From positions 62,001 to 126,000 of IMG/VR virus record IMGVR_UViG_3300044644_001125: a stretch of DNA of 64,000 nt, one strand, 5' to 3'. Shown here in pieces: positions 52,342 through 63,451 of this stretch; positions within the stretch are counted from its first letter, which is position 1, and the number at the start of each line of letters is the position of its first letter. Below the pieces are notes generated by a model that was given only the letters and a program-made list of their open reading frames with translations, did not search any database and had not been told where the DNA came from. The position numbers and the translations under genes were made by a program.

Positions 52342-53150
52342 ACTGATGCCTTTCTTGTAAGGATGAAGCTATCACCGTAGGTTTCGATATTCCAAGTATT
52401 AGAAAAGAACTTGTTAAGGATTTTAGAATAGACTGCGAATCTACGATTTTGTCTAACGTGTACGCCTTCTGGTGAGTAACTAGTGATCACTGACATGAAT
52501 CGTTCTAGTTGTTTGAAGGCTTCGTTCATCTCTGGATATTTGCTGAGTTTCATGTCAGCAGCTTTGCGTATTTGCCAGTATAGTTTATCAAACTCACTTG
52601 AACTATATTTTTCAACTGGCTGGGTAAGATATTGTTTGATTGCCTCGATTGTTTCTAATACCAGGTTGTACTTATTCTTTCTAATCTCATCTTCTTCAGT
52701 TTTTAGTAACTCGTTTGTCACTGAACTTAAACCTTGCAATGATGCGAGTAATTCTCTTTTAGGTCTTTCTACTGGTATATTGAATTTGTGTTTGGTATCA
52801 CTAGGAGTTGAATGCGCAGAGAAAGTGCACCGGTCGATTTTGGCTTTGTCGAGATAGGTTTTAACGATGTAGCCAACCCCAGATAGAATATCAAAATCAT
52901 TATCAATATCTTTTCCTTCAGTCGATGCGGTATCATACATTGTACCATTAACATAGAAAACAACATCGGTTGTTTTCTCATCGCCATCGGTTGTTGTTTT
53001 GAATTGAATGTCTACTTGATTACCTTTGTTTGTGGTAAAAGTACGTTGTGCTATTTTGTTCTTAGAACCTTGCATACCGGCTTTTGATACAGTTGAACTT
53101 TTAACTGTAGTTAAAGGTTTCTTTGGTTCTAGTAGTTCGTGAATTCGCAT
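52338..53150 (-). CDS. Putative internal protein
   Basis: MRIHELLE start; ATAAATA upstream. Confidence 0.55.
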   Translation of the reverse strand: MRIHELLEPKKPLTTVKSSTVSKAGMQGSKNKIAQRTFTTNKGNQVDIQFKTTTDGDEKTTDVVFYVNGTMYDTASTEGKDIDNDFDILSGVGYIVKTYLDKAKIDRCTFSAHSTPSDTKHKFNIPVERPKRELLASLQGLSSVTNELLKTEEDEIRKNKYNLVLETIEAIKQYLTQPVEKYSSSEFDKLYWQIRKAADMKLSKYPEMNEAFKQLERFMSVITSYSPEGVHVRQNRRFAVYSKILNKFFSNTWNIETYGDSFILTRKASV

Positions 53151-53211
53151 TGGATAATGTCCTCTTTTGGTATTGAAGTATTTATGGAGGACATTATCTT
53201 TTAGGTTGTGG

Positions 53212-54000
53212 TTACTTCGACATCGAGAACATAGTCATGTCGTGGGGGATAAGAATAGTTTGAACTTTTCCATCTCTTACTGCTTCAGCAATAGTTACCT
53301 GAGCAGTTGCTAACATATAGTCAATAGCACCTTTATTCGCATTTAACACTGCAATTCGTTCTGCTTCTTGTTTAGCAGTTTGTACTTCAATCTCTTTTTG
53401 TTTGTATGCGTTTTTAGCACGAACTAGAGAGTTTGCAGAATCTACCACCGTATCAGCTGGAGTAATACTACGTACTAGAACTTGGCTAATAGTCAAAGCA
53501 GTATCTAATTTTTCATCCCTTAAGGTTTGAACAATAGTATCTTTGACTTCTTGTTCGATGGCTTGTCTTGCATCACTCATGTCCAACGCATCATACTTTC
53601 TTGCCGACTTGTAAACTGCATTACGTGCGGCTGCTGTGATGTAATTGTACATTAGATACGTATCACCATGAGTGTCAGTGGTATTGAATGAACGATTCTT
53701 AGTTGAGTAAAGTTCAGCCACTGAATCTGGATTAACATTGTAGATGACTACAAGATCAAAGTCTTTCATGGTTGAGTTGTCTTTTGCTACTGGCGTTAAA
53801 TCATCAATTGAAACACCAACATCCTTGACTGGGATAGTAATCACATCACCAAGTAGAACTTGATTGAATGAGCCTGGTTGTAACTCATCAAGTTCAACTT
53901 GTTTGGATACATTGACACGAACACCTCGATGCCCAGATTCGATACGTGTACAACCAGTGGCTAAGATAGTTGCGAGTAATACTAATAGTAGTTTGTTCAT
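53212..54000 (-). CDS. SPFH/prohibitin (band 7) lipoprotein
   Basis: LATGC lipobox, RIESGHRGV, coiled-coil C-terminus. Confidence 0.8.
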   Translation of the reverse strand: MNKLLLVLLATILATGCTRIESGHRGVRVNVSKQVELDELQPGSFNQVLLGDVITIPVKDVGVSIDDLTPVAKDNSTMKDFDLVVIYNVNPDSVAELYSTKNRSFNTTDTHGDTYLMYNYITAAARNAVYKSARKYDALDMSDARQAIEQEVKDTIVQTLRDEKLDTALTISQVLVRSITPADTVVDSANSLVRAKNAYKQKEIEVQTAKQEAERIAVLNANKGAIDYMLATAQVTIAEAVRDGKVQTILIPHDMTMFSMSK

Positions 54001-54183
54001 TTTGTTTTCCTTAGAATAAGAATACAACTGTCATAAGAACAGTAATGGTTAAAATTGCGCATTGTGCTACCAATGCGAGTAGATATTTTGCAAGTTTGAT
54101 CTGATCATCAGTCATTTGCCTTAATACTAAAGTACCCAAGAAAAATGCGATGAATACAATTAAGAATATTAACGTGGTTTTGA

Positions 54184-54492
54184 TCATGTTAGATCCTTAG
54201 AAGATAATATCAGTTGTTGAATAGCTTTGCCAAACTCTTCTTTAGTTTGTGGTAGCGGAATACTTTCACCAGAACTGTTAGCCCAACGATCAAAATGTTC
54301 CAATGGACAAGAAACTTGGAATCTGAGTTCTCCGTTTTCTGGTACCAAGAAACGCCATCTGCGATCATTGCCAATAAAGTAAGGTGGGTACTTTGAGAAT
54401 ATCTGTCTCCATAATTTTGATTTTCTCGTACCTTCTGGTTTTAAACCGTTTGAATTAAGCCAGCGTTTAAAGTCTCTGTGAAGTTTTTGCAT
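54184..54492 (-). CDS. Hypothetical protein
   Basis: AGGAG SD and promoter. Confidence 0.65.
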   Translation of the reverse strand: MQKLHRDFKRWLNSNGLKPEGTRKSKLWRQIFSKYPPYFIGNDRRWRFLVPENGELRFQVSCPLEHFDRWANSSGESIPLPQTKEEFGKAIQQLILSSKDLT

Positions 54493-54850
54493 GTTGTACT
54501 CCTGTGTTAAGTTAAGAGTATTATACCTGTAGTTGACTGGATGTCAACTACTATTCGTCGAGGTCGTCCATGTATTCCATGTCTTGCTGAATCATATCGT
54601 ACATACTACTGTAGCAGGTTGGACAAAATGCAACTGGAAGTATTCCAAAGTATCCTTGAATTCCGCCCTCGTCATCCGAAAATTCGCAAGAACAAACATT
54701 GCAAATATGGTCGGTACCTATATGTGAAAATTGTTCAATCATGTGTAACTCCATTGTGTTCATTGTTAAGGAGTGGTTATTATACATAAGGGCGACTGGA
54801 TGTCAAGAGTTTTTGGTGTGGATATAACGAGAACAGGGGGCTCACCTACT

Positions 54851-55722
54851 TCAATCATCTTTTAGATCTCTTACTGGCGTTACGTACCACTTACCCTTAC
54901 CAGAAGTTCTTCCAATGCACCAGCACATAGAATTGGTAATTCCCTTAGTATTCATGTATTCGTCGATGGTTGGTAATCTCCAACCGATTTTACCATCGAT
55001 GATTAACGAAAAGCAATACATCAATGCTTCCTCATACGTCATTTCGAATTTTGTTCGTTCACCTATTTCAATCATCTTTTAGATCTCTTACTGGAGTAAC
55101 ATACCACACAATATTCGCTGTAGGTCTACCAACGTACCACGAGCCGTATATATACTTATTGCCGTAATATTCCTCTTGCGTTGGCAATCTCCAACCTATC
55201 TTACCATCAATATTAAGTGAGAAGCAATACATAACGGCTTCTTCATGCGACAGTTCGACTTCTGTTCTTATGGCTACTTCAATCATTTCAAATCTCTTAC
55301 TGGAGTTACGTACCATTTAAGACCCATATTTCTACTAAGATGCCAAGACTCGGTAATCTTCGAATTCTGCATGTATTCGTTACTTGTTGGCATTCTCCAA
55401 CCAATCTTACCATCTACGTTTAATGAAAAGCAATACATCCTTGCTTCGTCGTATGTCATTAGAAATTTAGTTCGTTCACCTATTTCAATCATCGCAAATC
55501 CCTCACTGGCGTAACTCGTCGTGGAAAAGTACTATCACTTGCCAACTTGTTTTCGTACCATCCGGCAATAGGTGGAATGATTTCCCATTCATCGTAGCTT
55601 GGTAATCTCCAACCAATCTTACAATCATAAGATAAGGTAAAGCAATACAGTTTTGCTTCGGAATATGACATGGCGGATTCTGACAGTGGTGCTAGTTCAA
55701 TCCCAAATTCTTCAATTATCAT
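54851..55722 (-). CDS. Four tandem mini DUF1566-like genes (55489-55722, 55283-55492, 55068-55286, 54851-55075)
   Basis: Each has EA..YCF.L...GWR.P...TPVRDL, with overlapping stop/start junctions. Confidence 0.8.
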
Positions 55723-55726
55723 AGCT

Positions 55727-56095
55727 TCACCACTTCAATGCAGTTTTTAATTCAAATTCTTTGTATGCGATATCAGCAATTGGAATTTCATATCGCATGG
55801 CTTTTGCTGCTATAACTGCTAAGTCTCCATTGCAAGAAATAAACTTAAACAACTTGTCTTCACACTCATAGAAGATATCAGCATCTTGTAGTTTCTCTAG
55901 GGTAGAAGTATGAATCAAGTATTTCAAACAGTTGTTACCAAACTCATATTCTAGTTTGCCAATGATTTTGTTTGGTACAAGTTTATGAACTACGCCTTTG
56001 TTTGTTTCTAGTGTTAATAGTTTTACAGTATCGAATTCCACATGGGTTCTTTGTACTGTATACCAATCGTGATAATGCCATTTGTTTTCTGCCAT
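55727..56095 (-). CDS. Hypothetical protein
   Basis: AAGGA SD, 122 aa. Confidence 0.6.
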   Translation of the reverse strand: MAENKWHYHDWYTVQRTHVEFDTVKLLTLETNKGVVHKLVPNKIIGKLEYEFGNNCLKYLIHTSTLEKLQDADIFYECEDKLFKFISCNGDLAVIAAKAMRYEIPIADIAYKEFELKTALKW

Positions 56096-56142
56096 TTGAT
56101 TTTCCTTTGGTTATTTTCTAAAAGATAATAGCTTACTTTGGT

Positions 56143-57256
56143 TTAATTGTCAATGCTTCGTACTGGGATAATTGTATGCGTTTCTGTAGTCCAATTGTCA
56201 TTGATGTCTTCATCATACCAATAACCGTCTTCATTTGTCATTATAACAAGCGACGTCAGGCATTCTTCACATGTGGGTAATCTCCAACCATCACCTAAAC
56301 AAAAACAATACAAGACTGCTTCTGTGATGGTACCCTCTTTCCACAATACTCTAGGTGCTATTTCAATCATCTTTTAGATCTCGTACTGGGGCAAGCAACC
56401 AGTTACCTTTACTGGGTCTGGGTCTACCAATATACCAACAACCCATTAATTGATCGTTACCATACCATTCATCTTTGGTTGGTAATCTCCATCCAGTCTT
56501 ACCATCTATATTCAACAAAAAGCAATACATAATTGCTTCCTCGTAAGATAGTCTTAATTCACGGTCAATTGGTGCTATCTCAATCATCGTCAGGTACCTC
56601 GCGAACAGGTTGTAAAAAGTAAACGTCATCAGGATTGTACCACTGTTTACGGTCAACGTACAACCAATCACGGTCAACGTACCACCAATCACTGTACATT
56701 TCGTATAGTAAGCATTCATCCAAGGTTGGAAAACGCCAACCATCAGCTAGGCAAAACAGGTAGAATTTTGCATCTTCGTAAGTTACTCTTGTTGTGGTTG
56801 GCTTACCCATTTCTAATCTAATCATCTTTAATATCTCGCACTGGTCTAACAAAAAACGTACTAACTTGTGAGATTCTATCAACATACCAAGAACCTTGCA
56901 ATTCATACTCAATGTATTCGGCTTCAGTTGGCAATCTCCAACCATCACCCAAGCAAAAACAATATAAGATTGCCTCGTCATACGTGATTCGTTTGTTATA
57001 GTACTTCCCAATCTCAATCATCGTCAACATCTCTCACTGGTACAAGTGGGCATAACCCAACACTATGAATCGAGTCTTCAGCAACCCAGGCATGTATTAT
57101 GGTTGGCGATTCACCGTGGATAACAGCCATGATGTTGTTAAGTTCACGTCTAGTCGGTAGTCGCCATCCAATATCTAATTTTAATAGATGCAATTCTGCA
57201 TCGGATCGTGATATATTATGGGTTGGGCGTAATTCTATTGGCGATACTTCTATCAT
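56143..57256 (-). CDS. Five tandem mini DUF1566-like genes (57014-57256, 56818-57021, 56580-56825, 56363-56587, 56143-56370)
   Basis: Each has GWR(L/F)PT...W...PVR; starts corrected to MIE/MIR; GATGATTGA/GATGATTAG overlaps. Confidence 0.8.
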
Positions 57257-57588
57257 TGGTAGCCCTCGGTTGGTGGCTTACTAAACCTTAATAAGCCACC
57301 AGGTTATTAAAGGTTAGGTAATACCCAGTTGTTAATGATGAGTAATATCCCACCAAGAATCAACAATGGTCCTAAAACCAATCTTGTAACATAACCACAG
57401 ATTTCACTATCAACCACAGGTTCTTCTGATTGAACTTCTGGTTTGATACGATTTTTGTTTGATTCTTTTAAAGCCATGATTGTCTCCGTTTGTAATTTAG
57501 AAAGGGCTATTCTATCGAACAATCTATCGGTTGTCAACTACAAAACAGCACCTAAATATAACTAATCTTACCACAAAGGAAACCAAAC

Positions 57589-57813
57589 ATGAGAGCAGCA
57601 GAGTTTATGCGAACCCTGGCGGATTTAATCGACCAGCTAGAAAACAAAACCGATGATACTAAATCATCTGAATCAGAAACACCAATGGATTCTGGTGATA
57701 TAATGGTACCACCTCTACAGCAAAAGATCGAGTTGATGAAAAAGATGACAAACTCGGATGATGATAACTTTAATACAGCAGCGGCTGAAGAAGACGAACC
57801 ATTCGAAGGATAA
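57589..57813 (+). CDS. Small acidic late protein
   Basis: CTAAATA upstream, AAGGA SD, MRAAEF start. Confidence 0.65.
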   Translation: MRAAEFMRTLADLIDQLENKTDDTKSSESETPMDSGDIMVPPLQQKIELMKKMTNSDDDNFNTAAAEEDEPFEG

Positions 57814-57815
57814 CA

Positions 57816-59780
57816 ATGGGTTTTACTCAAGACTTTCTTACTAGTAGAAGAAACAACGACGATGGTAGTACCAGAATCGGTGAACATGATCGCCTCTGGT
57901 ATTCGAGCTCAGACAACACCATCAGGATTGGTGACAATGTTACGCCTGGTGGTATTATTGTCTGTGGTGGCGGTACAGGTGATGGAATTTATGTATTACC
58001 AACTGCCAGTACTACCGTAAAAGGTGGTGTTAAAATTGACGGAACTTCTATCACAATCAATAACGAAGTTATTAGTGGATTTGATGGTAACTACAATTCG
58101 TTGTCTAACAAACCAGTTCTGTTTAGTGGTAACTATAATGATCTAACGAATAAACCAGTTTTATTCAGTGGGTCATATAACGACTTAACTAATAAGCCTA
58201 CCATCCCAGCAGCACAGGTTCAATCGGATTGGTTGGCAACAAGTGGCGTTGCCGAAATCCTAAACAAACCAGCTATACCAGATATCACCGGTATAACAGA
58301 AGTGTTTGCGGCAACCGGTGAACCAATGGGCCATGCCGACAAAACCCATTCGTTGATTTCATTTGATGATGCAAGTAGAACTTTCACTATATCACCGGTG
58401 AATAGTTCATTTGATATCTGGGTAAAAGGAACTAAGTGGGTAATCACCAACTCAAGATCAGTAACTATACCAGATAATACTGGCCTGTATTACATTTATT
58501 TTGATGCCACTGGTACGTTGCATTATAAAACAACGTTCTTTGATTGGCCAAATGATTGTATGACAGCTTATGTTTATTGGAATAAACTAACCGGTAAAGC
58601 GCCATACGTTGCAGATGAAAGACATGGTATAACCTTAGATTGGCAAACCCATGAATACCTGCACAGAACACGTGGTGCAGCAATTGCAAGTGGTTTCACT
58701 GCCTCCAATTTTATAATAAACGGTGATGGTTCTCTCAATTCACATCTTCAATTAGATATAGAATCTGGTACGTTCTTTGATGAAGATTTACAAGTTGATG
58801 TTATTAGTACCAATACACCAGTAGCAAATTCTTGGCAACAAGACTTAGCTGGCCCTGCACGAATACCAATGTTCTATATTAACAGTGGCGGTGGTTGGGT
58901 AATGGATCCAGCTACTGACTTTCCAGTAAAACAAGGTTTGTTACCAAAGTATAACTTGTATAGCGGTGGTAACTGGACTACACCTGATATCGATAATAAC
59001 AAGTTTGGTGTTAGTTTCATCTTAGCAACCAATAACATCAATTATCCTGTTATTGGAATTATTGGTCAATCATCGCATGCCAACCAAGGCGATGCAGAAG
59101 CAGTTAATTTCACTGATTTGTCATTACCCGGATTCCCAGTTGTAGAATTAAGACAGCTATATAAACTGGTATTCCAATGCAAAACAAGTTATACCAATAC
59201 GGTACATGCTAGACTTACATCGATATTTGACTTAAGAAGTTTTAGTAGCACAACATCGGCAATGGCTACTTATACCGATCATGGATCTTTAAGTGGATTA
59301 CTAGATGATGATCATCCGCAATATCTACTAAGAACCGATGTGAGTGCACTTAATGGTCCCGCATTTAGTGTGTATCGAGATGCAGTGCAAACCATACCAA
59401 CTGATGTGTTAACCGCAATGACTTGGACTGTCGAAGAGTACGATACCCATAACTGCGTAACATCAACTAGATTCACACCAACCGTTGCAGGTTACTATGC
59501 CCTTGTTGCTACTGTTAGAATTGATGGTGGTATCGGTACAGGTGAACGTATGATTTGTATTAAGAAAAATGGTACAGAATATCGACGAGGTATGAACTCT
59601 AAAGGTACTGCTAGTGTTGGAGATAGTTGGTTTCAACTAGATATTTCATGCCAAGTACATGCTAATGGTACTGGTGATTACTTTGAAGTGTTTGTTCAAC
59701 AGGGTGCTGGTGCTGATAGAAATACGACAAGTGGACAACCATTCACTGCATTCCAAGGATGCATGTTGCGTGCTGCATAG
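57816..59780 (+). CDS. Tail fibre / receptor-binding-like protein
   Basis: IRIGDNVTPGG, LPTAS...GGVKI, repeated FSG.YNDL.NKP, DDHPQY, C1q/gp37-like C-terminal domain. Confidence 0.75.
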   Translation: MGFTQDFLTSRRNNDDGSTRIGEHDRLWYSSSDNTIRIGDNVTPGGIIVCGGGTGDGIYVLPTASTTVKGGVKIDGTSITINNEVISGFDGNYNSLSNKPVLFSGNYNDLTNKPVLFSGSYNDLTNKPTIPAAQVQSDWLATSGVAEILNKPAIPDITGITEVFAATGEPMGHADKTHSLISFDDASRTFTISPVNSSFDIWVKGTKWVITNSRSVTIPDNTGLYYIYFDATGTLHYKTTFFDWPNDCMTAYVYWNKLTGKAPYVADERHGITLDWQTHEYLHRTRGAAIASGFTASNFIINGDGSLNSHLQLDIESGTFFDEDLQVDVISTNTPVANSWQQDLAGPARIPMFYINSGGGWVMDPATDFPVKQGLLPKYNLYSGGNWTTPDIDNNKFGVSFILATNNINYPVIGIIGQSSHANQGDAEAVNFTDLSLPGFPVVELRQLYKLVFQCKTSYTNTVHARLTSIFDLRSFSSTTSAMATYTDHGSLSGLLDDDHPQYLLRTDVSALNGPAFSVYRDAVQTIPTDVLTAMTWTVEEYDTHNCVTSTRFTPTVAGYYALVATVRIDGGIGTGERMICIKKNGTEYRRGMNSKGTASVGDSWFQLDISCQVHANGTGDYFEVFVQQGAGADRNTTSGQPFTAFQGCMLRAA

Positions 59781-59816
59781 GACTAAAAGATAATTGAAGT
59801 TAGTTTCGATTATCTT

Positions 59817-60149
59817 TTAGCAATCCCGCACTGGTCTAACTAGGGTAGTATTCACGTATTTGTCATCCCAAGTGGTGTGCATGTCAACCAGCAGTGGCAT
59901 CGCAAGCCACGCACATCCTGAGTAATCAACATGCTCCTCGCTGGACCAGTATCTAGGATACTTCCGATAATTCATTGTCTGGGTATGTTCCGAAGTGATT
60001 AACCCTCTTGACCCAAGCCAATGCAATTCTCGCATCGTTGGTAATCTCCAACCAACCTTTCCATCGATGTTCAACGAAAAACAATACAAACGGGCTTCAT
60101 CCCATGCGAGTGCTTTGATGTATTCTAATGGTGCAAGTTCTATGTTCAT
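59817..60149 (-). CDS. Mini DUF1566/C-lectin-fold protein
   Basis: MNIELAP, GWRLPT, YWSSEE, VRPVRD. Confidence 0.8.
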   Translation of the reverse strand: MNIELAPLEYIKALAWDEARLYCFSLNIDGKVGWRLPTMRELHWLGSRGLITSEHTQTMNYRKYPRYWSSEEHVDYSGCAWLAMPLLVDMHTTWDDKYVNTTLVRPVRDC

Positions 60150-60178
60150 TGGATAAATATTAATAAAAGGAAAAGACA

Positions 60179-60436
60179 ATGTCACTAAACGGTATTTCAA
60201 CATTAGCAACTAGACAAGCTCGGCTTGAAGCTAAACTAAATTTGGCACAAGCAAAACGCCAAGGTAAAGTCGTAGCAGCTGATGGTACTATCACTGGTTC
60301 TATTGACCCAACCAAACCTTACTTTCGTGCGTTGAATGTATATGATGTAAATCTTTTACCAACTAAGTATAGTGGCAACACTTTGGTTCAAAACAGTCAT
60401 CCATTGTTGTTAAGTTTACATCACCCATGGGTATAG
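60179..60436 (+). CDS. Small late (possibly structural) protein
   Basis: ATAAATA and AAGGA upstream. Confidence 0.6.
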   Translation: MSLNGISTLATRQARLEAKLNLAQAKRQGKVVAADGTITGSIDPTKPYFRALNVYDVNLLPTKYSGNTLVQNSHPLLLSLHHPWV

Positions 60437-60454
60437 CCTCGCAATATCAATATA

Positions 60455-60982
60455 TTAGACATTCCTAACCGGAATAGTAACCCTGTTACTATCTAAATCC
60501 TCGAAGTCATATTCATCATCTTCGAATCCATAAGTGGTAACAGGCCCATCACTTGGCATTTCATAGGGACGAGAACCATACACGTGATTCTCCTCGTCGT
60601 AGAATGGTTCAGTAGATGTATACACCCAGTTTTCTTGTTTCAATGCTGTTAGTAAATTGGGTTCTGCTTGTTTACGAATAATCTCGCATTCATAAACAGT
60701 TGGTAATCGCCATCCAATCTTACCATCGATATTCAAAGAAAAGCAATACAACTTTGCATGCTCAAAAAGAAAGTCTTGACTCCAATAATCCCTCGGTGAA
60801 ATCTCAAGTTTAGCATAATCCAACTCGTCAGCTTTGTTATGTAACGCAATAGCAAATTCACGTGCAGTTGCTGTATCAACCTCACCAACTGATGCCCAAC
60901 TAATGGTAGATGGATTTACTGTTTCAAAATCAACAGAAGATATGTACGGTTCAGAAACCGTTATCAATTTTTTAACGTTCAT
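60455..60982 (-). CDS. DUF1566-like protein with N-terminal extension
   Basis: LEISP..YCFSLNIDGKIGWRLPT...IPVRN. Confidence 0.75.
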   Translation of the reverse strand: MNVKKLITVSEPYISSVDFETVNPSTISWASVGEVDTATAREFAIALHNKADELDYAKLEISPRDYWSQDFLFEHAKLYCFSLNIDGKIGWRLPTVYECEIIRKQAEPNLLTALKQENWVYTSTEPFYDEENHVYGSRPYEMPSDGPVTTYGFEDDEYDFEDLDSNRVTIPVRNV

Positions 60983-61332
60983 CGGATTGCTTCTAAGGTA
61001 ACTGAGGTTTCAGTAACAGACCAAACATGGACTGGTTTCTTTTTTGATTTAGCATATTCAATTGATTCTGATGTACTGTCAGATACTGAATCGCAAATGG
61101 CAATCAACATATCGGCTGAATCAATGATAGCATGATTTCTTTCTGGTGAATAATGTTCTGCAAATACTTGCGGTGGTCTTCTTAGATTCTTGTAAGCATA
61201 CATAACGGCATTACCATCAACACCAGATGAATGTGAAGTACTGATCTCATCCAACTGACTATAATCTTTTAGGATACGTTCGATGGTAGGATAACTAACG
61301 ATTGTGCGTGAACCAATTACTGCTGCTTTCAT
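60979..61332 (-). CDS. SLOG (YspA/DUF2493-like) protein
   Basis: AVIGSR, GVD, RN..IID.AD.LIA, ST..SIEYA....KPV. Confidence 0.7.
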   Translation of the reverse strand: MKAAVIGSRTIVSYPTIERILKDYSQLDEISTSHSSGVDGNAVMYAYKNLRRPPQVFAEHYSPERNHAIIDSADMLIAICDSVSDSTSESIEYAKSKKKPVHVWSVTETSVTLEAIR

Positions 61333-61374
61333 GTGAACACCTCTCTGTTAAAAGTTGGTAGTGTATACTGGTAT

Positions 61375-61904
61375 TTAAGGATTGTCAATAGTTCTTACTG
61401 CTCTGACTGACAAGTTCTGATCAACCAAGTAATCGTCATCAGATGACCAATACCAAGCCCAGTGCGAAGATTCGGAATTTTTAGAAAGTTCTTTAAGCTC
61501 GTCACTTGTTGGTAATCTCCAACCTATCTTACCATCAACACTAAGAGAAAAGCAATACAATTTTGCAGCATCTAATGAATTAGTGAATGTTTCGGTTTCG
61601 ATTGGTGACAACTCAATCATAGCGTTCTGACTGGTCTAGCCTGCGAAAGCATTGTGGGTAAGTGCTCTATTGTAGTGACTCCACCGTATTGGATATGGAA
61701 GATGCAACCATGATTGTTGTCTTTTGCATTGATCCAGCATGAGCCTGGAACTTCAATATCCATTCGTCCTAGTTCTTGCATTTCAGATATAGTAGGTAAA
61801 CGCCATCCAGTTTTACCGTCGATGTTTAATGAAAAACAATATACAATTGCTTCATCAATAGTTAAGGTCTTTTCGTATTCAGGTGGTGATAATTCAAAGT
61901 GCAT
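61375..61904 (-). CDS. Two tandem mini DUF1566-like genes (61617-61904, 61375-61620)
   Basis: YCFSL..DGK.GWRLPT...VRT. Confidence 0.8.
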
Positions 61905-62136
61905 ATAGTGCCCAATGTAACATTCAATTAAACTATAGGATATTAAATATCGCGAGGCACGTTAGTGCCGAGCCATTACTAATATCCGGGAGTGTGTTAA
62001 TATTATGGTTATGATTGCGAGGCACGTTAGTGCCGAGCTAATCTCTCTTTTTCTGTTATAAGGATAAATAAGTGTAGTCCACGGATTTGGCGATCCTGAC
62101 TACTTTAGAACTATTAACTTTAGAGGAGTTCCAACT

Positions 62137-63444
62137 ATGACTATTTATGCCAAAATTTTAGCAACAAAAGAACACAACGAACGTCAACTAAGAATCTACG
62201 TAAAATACATCGCAAAATGTGCAGTATTAAACGAGAATCTTTCAGAAGATACCTACACAGAGCTTCATCATATCTGCCCTAGAGTATTCTTTCCTGAATA
62301 CAAAAATCTAAAAGATCATCCTTGGAATGGGATACGATTAACACTAGGCCAACACTTCACAGCCCATTTGATTCTTTCAAACGCATATACGTTTAACGGT
62401 GCTATGTCTCAAGCATTTTACCTTATGTGCACACAGAATGGAAGTAAAGGTCAAGCAGTTGTTGATAGGTTCAAAAACTTGAAAACCTACTACGAAGATG
62501 CTCGTAACCTAGTCATCAACTCTCAACGCGGTTTAACTATGGTTAAAAACAAAGAAACCGGTGTGTTTGGTCTGATTCCGGTAGAAGAGTACACTGCAAA
62601 TCCTGATTTATACGAAACTGCCACTACTGGCATGGTAACAGTTCGCGATATTGAAACCGGTGAAATAATGAGTATGTCATGCGAAATTTACCACGCGAAT
62701 AAGGACAAGTTTACTGCCATGAATACTGGAATCGTGCACGTCACAGACAAATTGACTGGTGAGAAGAAACGCATACCATCAGAAGAATATCAAGCAAATA
62801 AAGAAAGCTACACAACTTCTGGGTCTGGAGTGACTACTGTTAGAGAATTAGCAACTGGTATTGTAATGAGTGTACCCGTCGATGAGTACTCAAACAATAA
62901 AGATCGATTCGAAAGCATTGTTACTGGAACTACAACTGCAAGATTAATAAGCACCGGTGAGATGGTTGTTATCCCAGTAGAAACATACCATGCAAATCGT
63001 GATTTATACGAAACTGCTACTACTGGTCTATTGACTGCAAAAAACAAATTAACAGGTGAATCTGTTAGATTGACCAGAGAGGAATATGAGGCAAATAAGG
63101 ATTTGTATCACTTCCACACATCTGGAGTGTCAGTTATATCGACTATTACCGGTAAGAAATCGCGCATATCATGGGATGAATTTGAAAACAATCCTACCTT
63201 GTATTATAGAGTAAGCAATGTACGGTCAATATACGAACTAGGGAGTTACTCAAAACCAATAGATTATGTAAAACTACCACACGAAGTCAGTAATAAGTCC
63301 AGTTGGGTTCATAACCCAACCACTGGTGAATGTAAAAAGATATCAAAACACGAATACGTTGAATTAGATTGGTTAGCTGGTATCACACCAGAATATAAAA
63401 AACAATTAGAACGTGAACGTTACCATGCTAACAAAGTAAAGTAA
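62137..63444 (+). CDS. HNH homing endonuclease with repeated C-terminal DNA-binding modules
   Basis: YTELHHICPR...N.I.LT..QHF.AH..L; about seven 33-aa repeats (G..TV....TGE.....EEY..N.D.Y). Confidence 0.85.
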   Translation: MTIYAKILATKEHNERQLRIYVKYIAKCAVLNENLSEDTYTELHHICPRVFFPEYKNLKDHPWNGIRLTLGQHFTAHLILSNAYTFNGAMSQAFYLMCTQNGSKGQAVVDRFKNLKTYYEDARNLVINSQRGLTMVKNKETGVFGLIPVEEYTANPDLYETATTGMVTVRDIETGEIMSMSCEIYHANKDKFTAMNTGIVHVTDKLTGEKKRIPSEEYQANKESYTTSGSGVTTVRELATGIVMSVPVDEYSNNKDRFESIVTGTTTARLISTGEMVVIPVETYHANRDLYETATTGLLTAKNKLTGESVRLTREEYEANKDLYHFHTSGVSVISTITGKKSRISWDEFENNPTLYYRVSNVRSIYELGSYSKPIDYVKLPHEVSNKSSWVHNPTTGECKKISKHEYVELDWLAGITPEYKKQLERERYHANKVK

Positions 63445-63451
63445 TTATCTT

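Noticed and set aside
46869-61904. Complete DGR in window
   Set aside because: No reverse transcriptase, Avd or adenine-rich template repeat found
210-63047. Many 60-130 aa antisense or alternate-frame ORFs in the track (e.g. 447-767, 6397-6741, 25417-25803, 52483-52857)
   Set aside because: Shadow ORFs overlapping better-supported genes, without SD or motifs
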